This document shows positions 60,973 to 64,000 of a DNA stretch of 64,000 nucleotides, one piece after another. A program made the position numbers and the translations under genes. The DNA lies in contig CALSSD010000013.1 in the NCBI GenBank assembly GCA_943788915.1, positions 186,001 to 250,000 of the forward strand. Direction: 5' to 3'. How positions within the stretch are numbered: the stretch's first letter is position 1; every line of letters starts with the position of its first letter. The notes under the pieces are model-generated. The model searched no databases and had not been told where the DNA came from. It saw nothing but the letters and a program-made list of their open reading frames with translations. Source of the DNA: an uncultured Acidimicrobiales bacterium (GTDB taxonomy: Bacteria > Actinomycetota > Acidimicrobiia > Acidimicrobiales > UBA10347).

Positions 60973-62106
60973 TTAGTTCTCCGGGTTCGCAGCGTTGCGT
61001 AGGGCTTCGAGCCCAGGCAAGTCGCCGTTTTCGAGTAATTCCAGTGACGCTCCGCCACCGGTTGAGACGTGATCGATCTCTCTGCTCATACCAAACTGGG
61101 CAATAGCAGCTGCACTGTCGCCGCCGCCCACGACGGTGAAGGCACGACTATCGACCAGCGCCTGGGCCACCGTCTTGGTGCCAGCAACAAAGCGAGGATC
61201 TTCGAACACACCCATCGGGCCGTTCCAGAAGACCGTGCGTGCCTCGAGGATGATGTCGGTGAACTCGGCTGCGGTGCCGGGGCCAATGTCGAGGCCCATC
61301 CAGCCATCGGGAAGGTTCACGCCAGCCTGACGCACCTCTCCCCCAGGTCCCATGATCTTGCCGCCAGGACTTAGCGCGGTCAGGTCGTGGGGCACGACAA
61401 TGCGACCTTGAGCTTGTTCAAGAAGCGCAGCGCAGGTCTCGATCATGTCTTCCTCGAGCAACGAGGCTCCGACATGATGTCCTTGGGCAGCCAGGAACGT
61501 GAAACACATACCGCCGCCGACAACGAGCTGGTCGACCTTTTTCAGCAGCGCTTCGATAACGCCCAGTTTGTCGCTGACCTTGGATCCGCCGAGTACCGCA
61601 ACAAACGGACGCTTGGCGTTGGTGCGCAGTCCGCCCAAGATCTCGACTTCTTTTTCGAGAAGACGGCCAGCTGCTGAAGGAACGTGTTGCGGAGGTCCAA
61701 CAATCGAGGCATGGCTCCGGTGTGAGGCACCAAAGGCATCGTTCACATACAGATCGATGCCTTGGATCAACTCGCGCACAAACGCTGGATCATTGGCCTT
61801 TTCTCCGGCGTTAAAACGTAGGTTCTCAAGCAGCTCGATATCAGGAAGCAATTCGTTGAGACGTGCCCGGACTGGGTCCATCGACAACGATGCAACAACC
61901 TCGCCGTTGGGACGTCCGAGATGACTGCAGGCAACCACGGTGGCGCCACGTTTCTTCAGCCAACGCAGTGTGGGCAACGCGGCCTTTATGCGTAGGTCGT
62001 CGGTGATCTCGCCAGCACGCATCGGGACGTTGAAATCGACACGAACCAGGACCCGTTTGCCTTCGACATCACCCAGGTCTTCCAGCCGAGGAACAGATGC
62101 CGTCAT
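60973..62106 (-). CDS. pgk: Phosphoglycerate kinase
   Basis: VRVDFNVP, SHLGRP, LENLRF, GGSKVSDK, WNGPMGVFE, STGGGASLE. Confidence 0.98.
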   Translation of the reverse strand: MTASVPRLEDLGDVEGKRVLVRVDFNVPMRAGEITDDLRIKAALPTLRWLKKRGATVVACSHLGRPNGEVVASLSMDPVRARLNELLPDIELLENLRFNAGEKANDPAFVRELIQGIDLYVNDAFGASHRSHASIVGPPQHVPSAAGRLLEKEVEILGGLRTNAKRPFVAVLGGSKVSDKLGVIEALLKKVDQLVVGGGMCFTFLAAQGHHVGASLLEEDMIETCAALLEQAQGRIVVPHDLTALSPGGKIMGPGGEVRQAGVNLPDGWMGLDIGPGTAAEFTDIILEARTVFWNGPMGVFEDPRFVAGTKTVAQALVDSRAFTVVGGGDSAAAIAQFGMSREIDHVSTGGGASLELLENGDLPGLEALRNAANPEN

Positions 62107-63101
62107 GCTGCGCCCATCTTCAGGGCCAGCTCAACCATACGGTTCGAGTAACCCCACTCGTTGTCGTACCAGCCGATCATCTTGACCATCTTGCCCATGG
62201 CCATCGTCAAGCCCGAGTCATAGATGCAGGACTCGGGGCGGCCCACGATGTCAGACGACACCAGTGGTTCGTCGCTAAACGCAAGGATTCCAGCCATGGG
62301 ACCAGAGGCAGCCATGCGGAAGGCTTCGTTAATCTCATCGATCGATGCTTCGGTCTTCAACATGCCAACAAAGTCGGCAGCTGATCCAGCGGCCAACGGC
62401 ACGCGCACTGCCATGCCGTCGAGTTTGCCCAGCAGATGCGGCAGTACCTTGCCGGTTGCCTTGGCTGCTCCGGTTGAAGTGGGAATGAGGTTTTCTGCAG
62501 CAGCGCGCGCACGGCGCAAGTCCTTGTGCGGTGCATCGATCAAGTTCTGGGTGCCGGTGTAGGCATGAATCGTGGTGATCATGCCCTGATCGACACCGAA
62601 GGCATCGTCGAGCACCTTGACCATGGGACCGAAGCAGTTTGTTGTGCACGACGCGTTGCTGACGATCACGTGGTCGCGACTGAGTTCGCTGTCGTTCACA
62701 CCAAGAACAACCATGGCATCGGCATCTGGGCTGGGTGACGAGATCACGACCTTCTTGGCACCAGCCTCGAGATGAAGAGCGGCTTGGGCACGGGTCTTGA
62801 AGATGCCGGTTGATTCGATCACGATGTCGGCGCCAAGCTCGCGCCACGGCAGTTCCGCTGGATTGCGGATGCTCAGGAACTCCATTTTGTCACCGTCGAC
62901 GGTGATATCGCCGTCGCCGATCGTGACATCGAACTGCGCTGGCCCGAACACGGTGTCGTGTTTCAGCAGGTATGCCATCGTCTCAGGATCGCCCAAGTCG
63001 TTGACGGCAACGAAGTCGATATCTGCGCCATATTGCTTGGCAGCTCGTAAGACATTACGGCCGATACGGCCGAATCCGTTGATTCCTACTCTGAGCGTCA
63101 C
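62103..63101 (-). CDS. gap: Glyceraldehyde-3-phosphate dehydrogenase, type I
   Basis: GINGFGRIGR, SNASCTTNC, WYDNEWGYS. Confidence 0.98.
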   Translation of the reverse strand: MTLRVGINGFGRIGRNVLRAAKQYGADIDFVAVNDLGDPETMAYLLKHDTVFGPAQFDVTIGDGDITVDGDKMEFLSIRNPAELPWRELGADIVIESTGIFKTRAQAALHLEAGAKKVVISSPSPDADAMVVLGVNDSELSRDHVIVSNASCTTNCFGPMVKVLDDAFGVDQGMITTIHAYTGTQNLIDAPHKDLRRARAAAENLIPTSTGAAKATGKVLPHLLGKLDGMAVRVPLAAGSAADFVGMLKTEASIDEINEAFRMAASGPMAGILAFSDEPLVSSDIVGRPESCIYDSGLTMAMGKMVKMIGWYDNEWGYSNRMVELALKMGAA

Positions 63102-63131
63102 CGGGTCTCCTTGGGTTGGAATGTGACTGGA

Positions 63132-63995
63132 TCAGGCGTTGCGATCCACGTCGCGATGCGACACCCGTGGATGGTAGCCCTGCTCTTCGAGGTGCCCTCG
63201 AAGCTGTCCGCTAACCCACACGCTTCGGTGTTGTCCGCCGGTGCAGCCGATACCGATCGAAAGGTAACTCTTGCCTTCGCGCTCGTAGGCGGGCATGAGT
63301 AGATCAAGCAACGCGTACAGCCGTTCAAGGAACTCTGGGGTGATCGTCTGAGACTCGATATAGGCACCTACCTCAGGGTCTCGACCGGTCAGCGGACGAA
63401 GTTCATCCACCCAGTGCGGGTTCGGTAGGAAGCGGCAGTCCATGACAACATCGACGTCGAGTGGCAGGCCATATTTGTAGCCAAAACTCACCACGCGCAC
63501 GCTCATAGCGGTGACGTCGGATTCAGTGGCGAATTCGCTTTCGATACGGTCGCGCAGTTGGTGCACGCTGGTGTTGCTGGTGTCGATCACCATGTCAGCT
63601 TCAGCCTTGATGACCTCAAGGGCATCTCGTTCGGCCTCGATTGCCTCGACCATCGGCAGGCTGGGATCCCACGGATGCGGGCGTTTCGTGCTTTCATATC
63701 GTCGCACGAGTACCGGCGTGCTGGCTTGCAGAAAGATGACTCGCACTCGCGTTTGATCGGCTTGGCGCAAGGCTCGAATTGCAGCGCTGATCTCTTCGGC
63801 TTCTTCGCCGCTGCCCGAAACCAGGGCCACTCGATCGTAGCGAGTGCCGCCCACTCCGGCGAGCTCAGATACCTTCGGCAGCAGTGCCGCGGGAAGGTTG
63901 TCGATCACGAACCAACCGAGGTCTTCGAGGAAGTTGGCGGCTTGTGACCGCCCCGCGCCCGAATGCCCCGTTACTACAGCGAACTCCACTACCAA
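63132..63995 (-). CDS. rapZ: RNase adapter RapZ (YvcJ family P-loop protein)
   Basis: VTGHSGAGRS, DNLP, SFGYKYGLP, DCRFLPNP, IGCTGGQHRSV. Confidence 0.95.
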   Translation of the reverse strand: MVVEFAVVTGHSGAGRSQAANFLEDLGWFVIDNLPAALLPKVSELAGVGGTRYDRVALVSGSGEEAEEISAAIRALRQADQTRVRVIFLQASTPVLVRRYESTKRPHPWDPSLPMVEAIEAERDALEVIKAEADMVIDTSNTSVHQLRDRIESEFATESDVTAMSVRVVSFGYKYGLPLDVDVVMDCRFLPNPHWVDELRPLTGRDPEVGAYIESQTITPEFLERLYALLDLLMPAYEREGKSYLSIGIGCTGGQHRSVWVSGQLRGHLEEQGYHPRVSHRDVDRNA

Positions 63996-64000
63996 AGACT

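Noticed and set aside
521..63947. Long antisense or alternate-frame ORFs (e.g. 521-1435, 2171-3004, 16603-17763, 27832-28956, 60211-61002)
   Set aside because: They are shadow ORFs of well-supported genes, expected in high-GC DNA, with no recognisable motifs.

Overview
This is a GC-rich actinobacterial window; gene content and sequence style suggest Acidimicrobiia (inference). The right end (59.8-64 kb, minus strand) is core genome: rapZ-gap-pgk-tpiA-secG-tRNA-Leu(GAG). The remaining ~59.7 kb is an accessory catabolic and redox region. It holds PhyH and TauD dioxygenases, F420/LLM oxidoreductases, three N-acyl-D-amino-acid deacylase paralogs, acyl-CoA dehydrogenase, CoA-transferases, an amidase, a Rieske oxygenase, a P450, a thiolase-DUF35 pair, MDR oxidoreductases and a fused 5-oxoprolinase. 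It also carries several frameshifted genes, decayed remnants and an IS481 fragment. The top finding is a gene that the ORF track splits in two. At 5289-5801 an AhpD/CMD-family protein has an in-frame TGA (5484-5486) at the second position of a CxxC-type motif (C-G-L-U), followed by a SECIS-like hairpin, so it is a probable selenoprotein. It is translationally coupled to a CMD paralog lacking CxxC, within a flavoprotein-CMD-CMD(Sec)-GMC oxidoreductase operon. Other highlights are a five-copy 16-bp array of LacI-operator-like palindromes, an LvaAB-like kinase operon, a lipoprotein gene with two in-frame amber codons, and the absence of yvcK and whiA between rapZ and gap. All family assignments come from motif recognition by eye; no database search was run.
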